Positions 53,551 through 63,944 are shown, numbered from the stretch's first letter. The stretch: 64,000 nucleotides of DNA from Naegleria gruberi (GCA_000004985.1 GG738908.1); one strand, 5' to 3'. Program-made: numbers and translations. The notes: a model not told the origin generated them from the sequence alone.

Positions 53551-55806
53551 TTATTCCATTTTGGAATAATAAACTCCAGAATATTGTTCATCAGATGGTT
53601 CTCCACTAGTGGTTGTGGTCGAATTTCCATTTTCAACCACTGTAATTTTCTTCTTGAAACATTTTTCAATTATTGGAGAAAGTACTTTCAACCAAATGGT
53701 ATCATAATAGAATTCCTTCAATGAAATCTTATCTGCCAATAGGAAAATCACATAAATTTCCAATGCATCAGTTGTGATTTGCATTGTAGTGGATGAGAAA
53801 AAGTACAGAGCTGCTAAAATACTATCGTAACCAAAATATAATGTCAATGCAGAGATAAGTGTTGGAATGAATTGAGCCATTGAAACAATTGCATAAGTAA
53901 TCGAAGTGGCAAGATAATTAGTGCTCACAAATGAGACATCTGAAGCTTGTTTCAATTTTCTTTGAATGAGAACAGACAAGACAAAGAATCCCATTAATGT
54001 AATTATGATTGGTGTTGCAATCAAGACCAGTATCATTACAATCAACCCTTCAGCGCCTGACCCATCTTCATCAAATATATGAGGTATATAGTTCAATAAA
54101 ATTGCACTTAATATAATTACCAATCCACATCCAATTGTAATGGTATAGTAGAAAATGAGCATGATTATTGAGCTCAAATAGGTTTTCTTTCTACTCAAAT
54201 CTGCATTTTGCTTGGTATAAAGTTTGATTTTTTGATAGGTTTGATTCCACTTGATTACCAGAGGAATGAAAACATAATCGAATCCAATAGTGTCCATCGC
54301 TATGGAAATTAAGGTTTTGACAAATCTACTGGACTTGTCATCTTGTGCAGGTTCTGAAAATCCATCTGTCAATTTAATGATACAGTAAGAAAGTCTAAAG
54401 ATCCAGAAAGGAATTACTGAGAGAGCTCTCAAAATCATATCAAAATCTTTAAAAGCATATTTTCCTCTCCTAACGAAATCCCTCACTAATGGTAATACAA
54501 GTACAAAAGTAATTACAATAAATAATACAATTTCAATGCCCAATTCTAAATATGGATTCATAATTACTCTATAAATTGGATAGATAAATATGTGAATACT
54601 GTCACATCTACTTGAGTAAATGTTATTTTCATAACAATAACACATGAATGGATTACCAGTGGTCTGTAAATATTGATCCAGAGACATATATGGATAAAAT
54701 ACAGAGAATCCATTCTTCCCCAAGCAATTTCTTTCTGCAGAACGAGCTGGATAATTTACCATAAATGGACATTCTTGTTTTTGGACTCGAGTTCTAAATT
54801 GAGATTCTGATTTACAATATTGACATCTGTTGGTAAGAATTGATAAAATATGAAGATCTCTATACAGGAATGTTCTCTGTTCAGCATTTTGATAAATTTG
54901 TGAATAATTCTGAGCTCTAAAATACAAATTGAATGGATCATACAATGATTCATTCACATTACAAAATAAATTTTCACATGAAGTGAAATTTAAACTAGGA
55001 TATAAATGTAATAAGTGTTCTTGTCCATTTCTAGTTAATTTTGAAACTAGTTTTGAAACATCTCCACAAATATTAATATAATTGTCCTCTTCCACAGTAA
55101 TTACTTGATAGGTTGACGTAATTGGATAAAATAAATGGCTATCCTGAGTAAATAAATTCATATTCACTTGATCAATAAACGAAACCACCTTACTATAAAA
55201 CATTCCAAAAAAAGAAATTTTAAAGTTTGAATAACTTTGAAAAAACCTAATTTCCTGACATTCTATTTTACCAATCACTGGAGCCATCATTCCATCATTG
55301 AAATAATTATAATACTCATCCGAATTTCTTCTCGTTGTCTCTGTATAATTCAAATTATATGAACAATTCTTCCAGTGCAGTGAATTATGACTCATTGAAT
55401 TAATTGTTCTTGTTTTTCTACTCATAGATCCCAACTGTGATTTTCTTCTATTATTTAATAATGATATCTGTTCATCCTCAAGAGTTGGAACATCAAACTC
55501 CGATTCATCAACATTATTTAAATAATTATTATCATGAAATAATTTCACATCATGGCCACTAGTGTGCACGTTATTAGAATAGAGTGTGTCCATCAAGACC
55601 AAGACCATGATAATGGTCATGTAAATCATCAACAGTATGGTCACTATTTTGCAAAACACATTCATCGAAGATGGTGAGTTGTGTTCTTCTTCTTGTCGGT
55701 GGCTAGTCTTCTCCTGCTGTTTATATCTGCTTCTCGTCGACTCCACCTTTCTCTTTACGTTTATTTCATCAACACCATTATAATGATGAGAATCATTTAC
55801 AGACAT
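53551..55806 (-). CDS. multi-pass membrane protein (751 aa): an N-terminal signal anchor, an ~330-aa Cys-rich extracellular domain, then seven closely spaced TM helices (orphan 7TM receptor-like)
   Basis: Signal anchor FCKIVTILLMIYMTIIMVLVLM. About 20 Cys in residues 150-440. TM cluster ELGIEIVLFIVITFVLVLPLV ... LAALYFFSSTTMQITTDALEIYVIFLLA. No family assigned. Confidence 0.5.
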   Translation of the reverse strand: MSVNDSHHYNGVDEINVKRKVESTRSRYKQQEKTSHRQEEEHNSPSSMNVFCKIVTILLMIYMTIIMVLVLMDTLYSNNVHTSGHDVKLFHDNNYLNNVDESEFDVPTLEDEQISLLNNRRKSQLGSMSRKTRTINSMSHNSLHWKNCSYNLNYTETTRRNSDEYYNYFNDGMMAPVIGKIECQEIRFFQSYSNFKISFFGMFYSKVVSFIDQVNMNLFTQDSHLFYPITSTYQVITVEEDNYINICGDVSKLVSKLTRNGQEHLLHLYPSLNFTSCENLFCNVNESLYDPFNLYFRAQNYSQIYQNAEQRTFLYRDLHILSILTNRCQYCKSESQFRTRVQKQECPFMVNYPARSAERNCLGKNGFSVFYPYMSLDQYLQTTGNPFMCYCYENNIYSSRCDSIHIFIYPIYRVIMNPYLELGIEIVLFIVITFVLVLPLVRDFVRRGKYAFKDFDMILRALSVIPFWIFRLSYCIIKLTDGFSEPAQDDKSSRFVKTLISIAMDTIGFDYVFIPLVIKWNQTYQKIKLYTKQNADLSRKKTYLSSIIMLIFYYTITIGCGLVIILSAILLNYIPHIFDEDGSGAEGLIVMILVLIATPIIITLMGFFVLSVLIQRKLKQASDVSFVSTNYLATSITYAIVSMAQFIPTLISALTLYFGYDSILAALYFFSSTTMQITTDALEIYVIFLLADKISLKEFYYDTIWLKVLSPIIEKCFKKKITVVENGNSTTTTSGEPSDEQYSGVYYSKME

Positions 55807-55968
55807 TTTTTGTTGTGTTGATATCTGTAATGATTTTGGTTTTACTGGAGTTTATTACTGATAATTAGAATAATCCTCATCATTTATTTGATCAGTGCAC
55901 TGAGTGGGCTTGTTGTGTAATGGCAGTTTTGGTGGTAAAGAGTTTGATATTTACAAATATGGAAGGTA

Positions 55969-57408
55969 TTAAGTATTGCTTTGAATGACAATATCAGTAA
56001 AATTATACAAGTGATAGTAATCACAGGTAATGATATTGAGGAGGGATTGGTCATAACTAGGAATCCATTGTTGAATGGGACTTATCATTGGTTGAGTAAT
56101 ATCGAGAATGGAATAAGGTCGATTGAAGAATCCCTGAACAATCGTTCCAATGTTGGGTGTTAGAACTAGTTGGAGACTGAGGAGAGTATTTGAAATATCA
56201 TCTTTTGATTCAGATCTTTGCTTTAGCTTGCGGAGATTGTATTCATTGAGATAGTTGATATTGAGAGTGTCTCCCCAAGTATATTCAATATCGTCATTGG
56301 TGTGGAAATATTCGGCAATATCAGGACTCGTAGCTTTCAAGTAGTTATCATTGTAAAAAATAAAAACTCTTCTAGTGGTATTAGCCCACATACTTTCCAA
56401 TGTAGAATTCAATTTAAACTGAGATGGTTTGATCATGACATCTCCAACCTGAGTAATTATCTTCGACAATAAATAATCGTGATCCTTTTGAGAAAGTCCA
56501 TAAAAGTGATTGAAATCCAAAATGATAAACTCAGATGGAGCTACATTGATTACAAAATCTCTCACTTCACTCAAAATGTCCATAATTTTTCCAGCATAGA
56601 AATTATGGCAAATTTTGAATTGATTATCCAACGATTCTCTATCATCTTTACATATTCTAACATCAAAATATCTTATTCCGTGATTGAGTTGTTCCGTGGC
56701 AGTACAACTTTGAGTATTTGCCCAAGGAACCAACATCATTAACATGAAAGTTTTTGGAATAAACGGCACTGAAAAGACTTTCCACATTTCAGATGGTGAA
56801 TCATTTGCAAACATTAGTGCAGAATCATTATTTCTAAAATTAATGGAATTTGTAAATGAATCGTGAGTTCCAGGAATTTTAATTCTATTCAGTGGTTTCT
56901 TCTTAATCTTTTCATAGTTATCTGCCATCCATTTGTAATTTTTGTTCGACAATTCTTTACATTTCTGTTCCATCTTTCCTTCTGAAAATATCTTTATAAC
57001 AGGTTCAGTTATATAGAAGGGCTTTTCAAGTTGTGTATCTAAACTTGACGAAACTTTCATTAATTGTTCATCTCCAATTTTTTTTCTTTTCAATTCTTGA
57101 TGAATTTTCCAATCCTTTTCCAAGAGTTTCAATCGATAAGATTGTAAATTATTATTTGATGAAAATATCTTTCCAATAATCTCATTAGTAGAAGAAAATT
57201 CATGAATAAATTGTACAAAAGAAGAGTCATGAAAATATAAAATAGAAAAGAGAGCCACCACACTGATCAAAAATAACAAGCATCCTCCGATGATGAGAGA
57301 AATAAATGATGATGAACTTGTTTTCATTTTTTTTGTGCGTTGACTGAAGTTCTTAATTTGATGAAGAGACCAAAGAAAGATGTCAATATTTACAATACTC
57401 GTTTTCAA
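55969..57408 (-). CDS. PI-PLC X-domain-containing protein (PLCXD-like phosphatidylinositol-specific phospholipase C X domain) with an N-terminal TM anchor
   Basis: IKIPGTHDSFTNSI (catalytic His motif of the PI-PLC X box), ...GIRYFDVRICKDD..., TM anchor FISLIIGGCLLFLISVVALFSILYF. Confidence 0.7.
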   Translation of the reverse strand: MKTSIVNIDIFLWSLHQIKNFSQRTKKMKTSSSSFISLIIGGCLLFLISVVALFSILYFHDSSFVQFIHEFSSTNEIIGKIFSSNNNLQSYRLKLLEKDWKIHQELKRKKIGDEQLMKVSSSLDTQLEKPFYITEPVIKIFSEGKMEQKCKELSNKNYKWMADNYEKIKKKPLNRIKIPGTHDSFTNSINFRNNDSALMFANDSPSEMWKVFSVPFIPKTFMLMMLVPWANTQSCTATEQLNHGIRYFDVRICKDDRESLDNQFKICHNFYAGKIMDILSEVRDFVINVAPSEFIILDFNHFYGLSQKDHDYLLSKIITQVGDVMIKPSQFKLNSTLESMWANTTRRVFIFYNDNYLKATSPDIAEYFHTNDDIEYTWGDTLNINYLNEYNLRKLKQRSESKDDISNTLLSLQLVLTPNIGTIVQGFFNRPYSILDITQPMISPIQQWIPSYDQSLLNIITCDYYHLYNFTDIVIQSNT

Positions 57409-57535
57409 ATTATTAGAAGAGCTAAGGCCTGGTTTATGATTGGTTTGGTGGTAAAGATTTTATGTTGTTTAGATGTTGTAAAATGAATTAATTTCAAGTA
57501 TTGTTAAATAAAGGTATAATTCAAAATGAATGTAA

Positions 57536-57608
57536 GGGGATGTAGCTCACATGGTAGAGCGCTTCTTTAGCATGGAAGAGGTACGGGGATCGATACCCCG
57601 CATCTCCA
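57536..57608 (+). tRNA. tRNA-Ala (anticodon AGC) with the canonical G3:U70 identity pair
   Basis: Acceptor GGGGATG/CATCTCC (G3-T70 wobble), D-arm GCTC-ACATGGTA-GAGC, anticodon loop TTAGCAT, T-arm CGGGG-ATCGATA-CCCCG, discriminator A. Confidence 0.85.
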
Positions 57609-57685
57609 GCTTACTTTTTCTTTTGTTGGGAGGCTTTACAATAACAATTCCATTTTCCCTAACACGTTAATAATCGAATATGTAT

Positions 57686-59179
57686 TTAGAGTCGAATTCC
57701 AATTATCTCTGAAAGACTATCAATGGTGGAAATATCATCCTTTAAAATTTCTCTCTTATAAAGGTCAATCGGTTCAAAACCAGTTCTTAACATTGCAATA
57801 AATCTTCTCTTTTGAGATGAAAAATAACTTGTTTTCCATTCTTTTTCAGTCAGCAAATACCATGCTTTCAAGAATCTCTTTTCATAGAAAAAGTGAATCT
57901 TCTTGGAAAGAGTTGGATGTGATAGTTCCACAAATGAAGAAATAATTGAGTTAATTACATATAACTCCCTTGAAGAAATAGTTTCCATAGCATAGTAGAA
58001 CTCGTCAAGATTGTTTGTAAAAAAGTCAACTACTAATTTCTGTCCAATAGGAACATTTGATACTCCACTTATAGATTGAACGCTTTGATAAATGCATGTT
58101 GCAACAATTGTAGCATCCTTTTGAAATTTCTCATCGATTAACGAGTAGGCGTCAGGAGTTGAATAAATCAATCGTCTAACAATTTCCTCATCGTTTAGGA
58201 GAGTTTCACCACAGTCTGTCACTATTGTAGGTACATTATGCATTCCATAATACACTAAATATCTTAAAAGTTTCTCCTTTAAAACATTATTGCTTGACAT
58301 TTCATAACAATCCTTTTTCTGTCTGAAAAAACTGAAACAAATTATTGCTGCAAGCTTGTCACAATAGTAGCAATCAATAGTTGAAAATAATTGGTAAAGC
58401 TCTTCAATAGAGCCAAGAAAATAATCATTATCACTTTTCAGTATTGAAATAATTCTCTCACAATCGGTATACTTTTTAGAAACAAGTACAAGCTCATTTG
58501 GTATTTTCAAGTATTGTTCCTCAAAATAGGTTTCATAGTAAGCTTTCCAATGAAATATTCTCATGCACTGATTTATAACCCTGTCTACATCCGATACCAC
58601 TGAAAGGAGACTAGAAACTGGAATATTCAACGTGTCAACACTAATGATTTTTTCTGTACCCTGTGATAATTCCTCTACGTTTACCTTTTTCTTGATTATA
58701 TTTATGAAAGCTGAAACCATTTCAATAATTCTGTCAATTTTAAAAAAGAAGTCTTCATATTCATTTCTGTTAACTTTAAATAACCTTCGGAATTTACGTT
58801 CCATTAGTACTAAATCTCTCTCAAATTTTAAGTGTTCAAGAAAAGTCAACTCTGGAAAATTCAAATAAAACACAATTGGCAAAACTTCACTCAAATCATC
58901 GTTTTCAATATTGATGAATTGCTCTTGCAATTTTTCAAAACGTCCATTTCGTATGCCAAGACAATAAAATTGAATAAATTTGTCAAATTGGAATGGATTA
59001 TGCTTGTCCATTGATCTAAGAATTTTCGAACAAGTATGTGGAAATGCAAGGCTTATTCCGTGCTGGTCATTATCTTGATCAAATTCATCTTTAAAATTTG
59101 TACTGGCACGCAACGGAAGCTGATAAATAAACGAATAGATGAGAGGAAATAAATCATCATCCAAATCTTGTAATTTCAT
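57686..59179 (-). CDS. hypothetical protein (497 aa); function unknown
   Basis: Single complete ORF of non-repetitive sequence (MKLQDLDDDLFPLIYSFIYQLPLRASTNF...); no family recognised. Confidence 0.45.
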   Translation of the reverse strand: MKLQDLDDDLFPLIYSFIYQLPLRASTNFKDEFDQDNDQHGISLAFPHTCSKILRSMDKHNPFQFDKFIQFYCLGIRNGRFEKLQEQFINIENDDLSEVLPIVFYLNFPELTFLEHLKFERDLVLMERKFRRLFKVNRNEYEDFFFKIDRIIEMVSAFINIIKKKVNVEELSQGTEKIISVDTLNIPVSSLLSVVSDVDRVINQCMRIFHWKAYYETYFEEQYLKIPNELVLVSKKYTDCERIISILKSDNDYFLGSIEELYQLFSTIDCYYCDKLAAIICFSFFRQKKDCYEMSSNNVLKEKLLRYLVYYGMHNVPTIVTDCGETLLNDEEIVRRLIYSTPDAYSLIDEKFQKDATIVATCIYQSVQSISGVSNVPIGQKLVVDFFTNNLDEFYYAMETISSRELYVINSIISSFVELSHPTLSKKIHFFYEKRFLKAWYLLTEKEWKTSYFSSQKRRFIAMLRTGFEPIDLYKREILKDDISTIDSLSEIIGIRL

Positions 59180-59418
59180 TTTTTTTAATTCTCTCTTTGC
59201 TGAACCAAGTTAAATTATGATGACCTGGAAAGATTACAATTTAAATTAAAAATTAAAAAAAATGTCGTCATGATCAATAGGAGGAGATCGCATGTAATAA
59301 TCGTAACAATCCTTTACAATTATGATCAATAATTAGGAAATAAGATATCCAGTACTCAGGATAAAGGGAATTAAAAAGGAATATCTAGATACAAATAACT
59401 AGAAATATAAAACAGAAT

Positions 59419-59491
59419 CGCCCACCGTGGGGGTCGAACCCACGACCACAAGGTTAAGAGCCTTGCGCTCTACCGACTGAGCTAGACGGGC
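59419..59491 (-). tRNA. tRNA-Lys (anticodon CUU)
   Basis: Sense sequence GCCCGTCTAGCTCAGTCGGTAGAGCGCAAGGCTCTTAACCTTGTGGTCGTGGGTTCGACCCCCACGGTGGGCG, near-identical to metazoan tRNA-Lys-CTT. Anticodon loop CTCTTAA. Confidence 0.85.
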
Positions 59492-59686
59492 TACATATCA
59501 CTCCCCAAAAATCTCAATAAAAAATTATTAAGACTTACTTGTTTAATGGCTGAACTTAATAAAAGAATATTAAATAATGAAAAGAAATTTACTTAATTCA
59601 CTCTTACTTCTCTTGGTTTGGATTATTTCATACAAATACTAGATCAATTAACAAGTAGTTAGTGCATCCACATCATTCAGAATAAT

Positions 59687-61244
59687 CTAGTTTTGCCACT
59701 CGAAGAAGGTTTCGAGAATATGTGTTGGTATTTTATCTCTTTCTGGTACCGAAAGTAAGATTGCAACTTTCTTGAGTTTAGTGCAAGAGTTGCAAATTTC
59801 CTCAACAAGATGGTGAGTACATTGATAGCCTTCAAATCGAATGGACTCCAGTTCTTTAAGATTAGCTATTTTCAGTGCACCAACATCTGTGAGCTCTGGA
59901 GAACCAAGTATTTCAAGCTCTTTGATGCGTGGAAGCTCACAAATGAACGAAACATTTGAGTCTGTAACTTCAGCAATTTGAAGTCGTTCCAATTTTCGAA
60001 GAGGTGAAATGAATGGTATTGAATCTTTCGCACTCCAATTACACGAAAGATTTTTGAGATTGGTAAATGATCCTATTGTTTGAAACATTGAAAGATCCGT
60101 TTCTATTTGAACCAATTGTAATTCGGTCAAATTTGGCAATTTGTTGAAAAGCTCCTTAAATTCCCAGCTTGATATGTCCTCATTTTCAAATGCTAATGAT
60201 GTCAAATTATTGCACTTCGAGAGAGATTTGAAGAACTCTAAATTTTCGACTTCTTTTTGGTGATTCCAAATGTAGTCATTAAAACATGTTTTAAAGGTCT
60301 TGAGTTCTTTCCAATTGTTAATATTCGAGATATATTTCACAGATATGCTTCCTTCTATGTACAGTTTTTCCAATTGAGGAGTGTTCTCTACAAATTCTTT
60401 CGTGATAATTGGAACATCTCCTACATAAAATACTTCCTTAATTTTCTTATTTGTTTTTGCTAACATTTTTCCAATATTTTCAGAGTTGAAAGGAAGTTCA
60501 ACTTGCATATTTAACAGGATAGGCAGGATATGATCCAATTCGAAGAATTTCCACATTGTTAAAAATGTCAAACACTTTCTCTAAAACTACACTTGCACTT
60601 TTAACTCCAATTATATCCAATCTCTTAAAAACTCCACACAAATCAGAATGGTATCGTTTGAGTTTTGACAGTCTCCTCAATGCTTCCTTTTGAGATTGAA
60701 CATCTGCTTTACATTCACACAACTTGTTGACTAATCTTGTTTCCAACATTTCATTATTAGTAATAAACTGATGTCTCAATAGGAGCAGCAACTCTGAATG
60801 ACAATATAACGACAATACTTTTGCATCCACAATTCCATATCTAAATAAGAATTTGACTTGAGTATCTACCTTAAATCTTCCATACCAAGTTCTCATAAAC
60901 GTTTTCAAATTGAAAATTCCTCTCTCTGATGTTGCACTCGACATGAAATCTCCTCCCAAAAAATCGAAAATATATAAAACAATATCAGAAGGAATAAAGG
61001 ATGTTTTGAAAATTTCAAACACTCCCATTGTAGAACTCTTTTTAACGACCGATGCCTTCCTCGTATCACCAACAATCTTTGAGACTCGTGGCTTTGTCTC
61101 TTCCCTCTTGGTGTATGTTATCTTACTTGAAACTAATTCATTCTTTTTCAAAGCTGTGCCTGCGACTTTCTTTTTCTGATCGACCACAAGGCCTTTCCTT
61201 TGATTTTTACCTTCATCAACTTTACTTATCGTTGATTTCTTCAT
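59687..61244 (-). CDS. F-box-like/LRR-repeat protein encoded as two overlapping ORFs, an F-box part 61244..60498 and an LRR part 60571..59687. The frames differ by one nucleotide at an A5/T5 homopolymer (60566..60570). Either a frameshifted single gene or a sequencing error.
   Basis: F-box-like IPSDIVLYIFDFLGG in the upstream ORF; LRR units (LTSLAFENEDISSWEFKELFNKLPNLTELQL, LKELESIRFEGYQCTHHLVEEICNSCTKLKK) in the downstream ORF. Deleting one T from the TTTTT run gives a continuous ...LEKVFDILTMWKFFELDHILPILLNMQVELPF... There is no intron-sized GT..AG in the overlap. Confidence 0.55.
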
Positions 61245-62017
61245 ATTTTTTTTAAACTTAAAAACAAAAACTTTAAACTTAAAAACTTGTTGGTTGTTCA
61301 GTTAACCGCCTTAACTGATATTTGAATTATTCATCTGTTTTAAAGATTAAATACTTAACCAGTAAACTTAATAAAAAATGCTTAAAGACAAAGAAGGGGA
61401 TCAATCACTGCCACAGGCTGCAGTAAATCCGGCATCCATTCGTATTGAATATGGACCAACTAGATGCTGAGGACAAAAGACACCTCTTCATAAAACTGAA
61501 CGTTTTGAAAGTTTGGTTAGGAGGTGTAGAGTGCAATACAATTTAAAAGTTTGTTATGAAAAGGCTTCAAATTTGAATTCCGTTCAAATTTATTGGGAGG
61601 CAGAGAATGAAAGGGAATTAATATTTGAAGGATATTTGACTAGCTTTAGTGTGTTCGGAAATGGGCCTGGAGACAAGGAAGTGTTGGAATGGATCGAAAA
61701 CAAGATGAAGAAATAGTAATTTTAGATAATATCGAAATTAATTATTAAATTGGAATAGAAAGGATGACAGATTTTCTACCCTTGCAATTATTCTCATCAC
61801 GCAACACTAGTTGCTGTGAGACAAGGAATTGTCTTGAAGATTTCTTGAACGATTTAAATCATTAATAAGAATTTAATATTATTATTTAATTTTAATTATT
61901 TGATTTATTAGGTGTTGTCGAACTAAACATTGCCTACACGACAATGAATGTTCTATTAGTTGCTATTATTGCTCAGAGTCAGTTTATACAATTATAAGAA
62001 TGTAATAATTATTACAC

Positions 62018-63364
62018 TTATTCATATTGTGGTTCAGTTTCACCTTCAATATCACCATCAACTTGATCATCGACAGTGGCATCTTGGTATTGTTGATATT
62101 CATTAACCAAATCAGTCAAGTTGGATTCAGCTTCAGTGAATTCCATTTCATCCATACCTTGATCAATGTAAGTGTGTAAGAAGGCCTTTCTCTTGTACAT
62201 TTGTTGGAATTGAGTACCAATTCTCTTGAAAACTTCTTGGATAGCAGTTGAGTTACCAATGAAAGTACCAGAAACCTTTTGACCAACTGGAGGAACATCA
62301 CAAACAGATGACTTGATATTGTTTGGAATCCATTCAACAAAGTTTTGAGAATACTTTCTTTGCATTCCCAACATTTGTTCATCAATTTCGTTAGTTGACA
62401 AGTTAAGACCTCTGAAAGTAGCACTGGCAGCCAAATATTTACCCATAGATGGATCACAAGCAGCCATCATATTCTTCTTATTGAACATTTGTGAAGTCAA
62501 TTCAGCAATTGACAAGGCAGAGTATTGTTGAGATGAAGTAGCAGCCAAAGGAGCAGAACCAACAACGAAGAAGTGCAATCTTGGGAATGGAATCAAATTG
62601 ACAGCCAACTTTCTCAAATCAGAGTTCAATTGACCTGGGAATCTCAAGCTTGAAGTAACACCAGACATGACACCAGCAACCAAATTATTCAAATCAGCAA
62701 ATGATGGTTGTGGTAACTTTAAGGTTCTAGTACAAATATCGAACAATGCTTCATTGTCCAAACAGAAAACTTCATCAGCAGATTCAATCAATTGATGCAA
62801 ACTTAAAGTAGCATTGTATGGTTCAACAACAGTTTCAGACATTTTTGGTGATGGCAAAACAGAGAAAGCAGCCAACATTCTATCAGGGAAATCTTCCTTC
62901 AATTTAGATAACAACAAAGTACCCAAACCAGAACCAGTACCACCACCCAATGAGTGAGTCAATTGGAATCCTTGCAAACATTCACAATGTTCAACTTCCT
63001 TTCTCAAAACATCCATAATTTGGTCAGCCAATTCAGCACCTTCAGTATAATGTCCCTTTGCCCAGTTGTTACCAGCTGAACCTTCAGAAGCAATGAAATT
63101 ATCTGGACGGAACAATGTACCACTCTTTGATGATTTAACAGTGTCTAAAACTGATGATTCTAAATCAACCAAGACACTTCTTGGTACGTAACGGTTTCCT
63201 TGGCTTTCAGAGAAGTAGACACCCAAGTTTTCCTTTAAAATTGGATTAGTTTCGACGAATTCACCATCGGCATTTAAACCATGTTCATTACGAATGGTTT
63301 CCCAGAAATGTTGACCAATTTGGTTACCACATTGACCAACGCTGATTGATACGATTTCTCTCAT
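62018..63364 (-). CDS. tubB: beta-tubulin (divergent isotype)
   Basis: [17 protein letters not shown]..., [59 protein letters not shown]..., FPRLHFF, ...[27 protein letters not shown] with an acidic C-terminal tail. Roughly two-thirds identical to canonical beta-tubulins over the full length. Confidence 0.9.
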   Translation of the reverse strand: MREIVSISVGQCGNQIGQHFWETIRNEHGLNADGEFVETNPILKENLGVYFSESQGNRYVPRSVLVDLESSVLDTVKSSKSGTLFRPDNFIASEGSAGNNWAKGHYTEGAELADQIMDVLRKEVEHCECLQGFQLTHSLGGGTGSGLGTLLLSKLKEDFPDRMLAAFSVLPSPKMSETVVEPYNATLSLHQLIESADEVFCLDNEALFDICTRTLKLPQPSFADLNNLVAGVMSGVTSSLRFPGQLNSDLRKLAVNLIPFPRLHFFVVGSAPLAATSSQQYSALSIAELTSQMFNKKNMMAACDPSMGKYLAASATFRGLNLSTNEIDEQMLGMQRKYSQNFVEWIPNNIKSSVCDVPPVGQKVSGTFIGNSTAIQEVFKRIGTQFQQMYKRKAFLHTYIDQGMDEMEFTEAESNLTDLVNEYQQYQDATVDDQVDGDIEGETEPQYE

Positions 63365-63466
63365 TTCTATTAGATTATTTAGTGTTGTGTTTTTTTTTGT
63401 TGTGAAAATAATTTTTTGGCACCTGGCAGGTTAAATACGCTTGTGTGACACTTTGTGGTTGTAATG

Positions 63467-63531
63467 TTGGCGCTTTTTTGATATTTTTAAAAATGAGCGC
63501 CAAAGTGTTAAACGTTCACAATTGGCGCCAA
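63467..63531 (+). promoter_or_regulatory. cluster of three E2F-like GC-rich motifs (TGTTGGCGC; GCGCCAAAG, the reverse complement of CTTTGGCGC; palindromic TTGGCGCCAA) 100-170 bp upstream of the beta-tubulin ATG
   Basis: The three TTGGCGC cores lie within 65 bp at 63467..63473, 63497..63504 and 63522..63531, in an otherwise AT-rich promoter. Confidence 0.4.
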
Positions 63532-63871
63532 CATGAGACTTGCCTTTTTGCTGGTGTGGGCAACAAATTTCGGTTGAAGTTTGAAGATTGTATCAAACTA
63601 ATCCGTTGATATGCAGTTTTCACAACTGTAAAGAGTGATGGAGGGTTTATTAAAACGTCAAACTGTTAGTTCACAATCTTCACAATAATATTTCAAACTG
63701 ACTCATTTACAAACCCAATAGCATTGAACAAATAAAAGGATTTTGAGTTATATTGCGTGCCCAAAGCGAACAGACATGTTTCATATGTTTTCAATACGCA
63801 GCAACAGGTTTTGAGTTCCCATGAAATTCAAGTATTGTTAAATAAAGGTATAATTGCAAATAAACGTAAGG

Positions 63872-63944
63872 GGAGGTGTAGCTCACATGGTAGAGCGCTT
63901 CTTTAGCATGGAAGAGGTACGGGGATCGATACCCCGCATCTCCA
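63872..63944 (+). tRNA. tRNA-Ala(AGC)-like second copy with an altered acceptor stem (GGAGGTG/CATCTCC gives A3:U70 instead of G3:U70); possibly a pseudogene or a non-alanine-charged variant
   Basis: The body from the D-arm to the 3' end is identical to the gene at 57536..57608. The 5' acceptor strand reads gggGAGgtg versus ggggatg. About 45 bp of shared 5' flank (ttcaagtattgttaaataaaggtataatt) and shared 3' flank (gcttactttttt) show the two belong to a duplicated unit. Confidence 0.6.

Noticed and set aside
61513-61716. 67-aa plus-strand ORF (MVRRCRVQYNLKVCYEKASNLNS...) in the gap between the F-box/LRR gene and beta-tubulin
   Set aside because: No start context, no motif and no splice-compatible partner exons found. 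It could be a small gene, but the evidence is insufficient.
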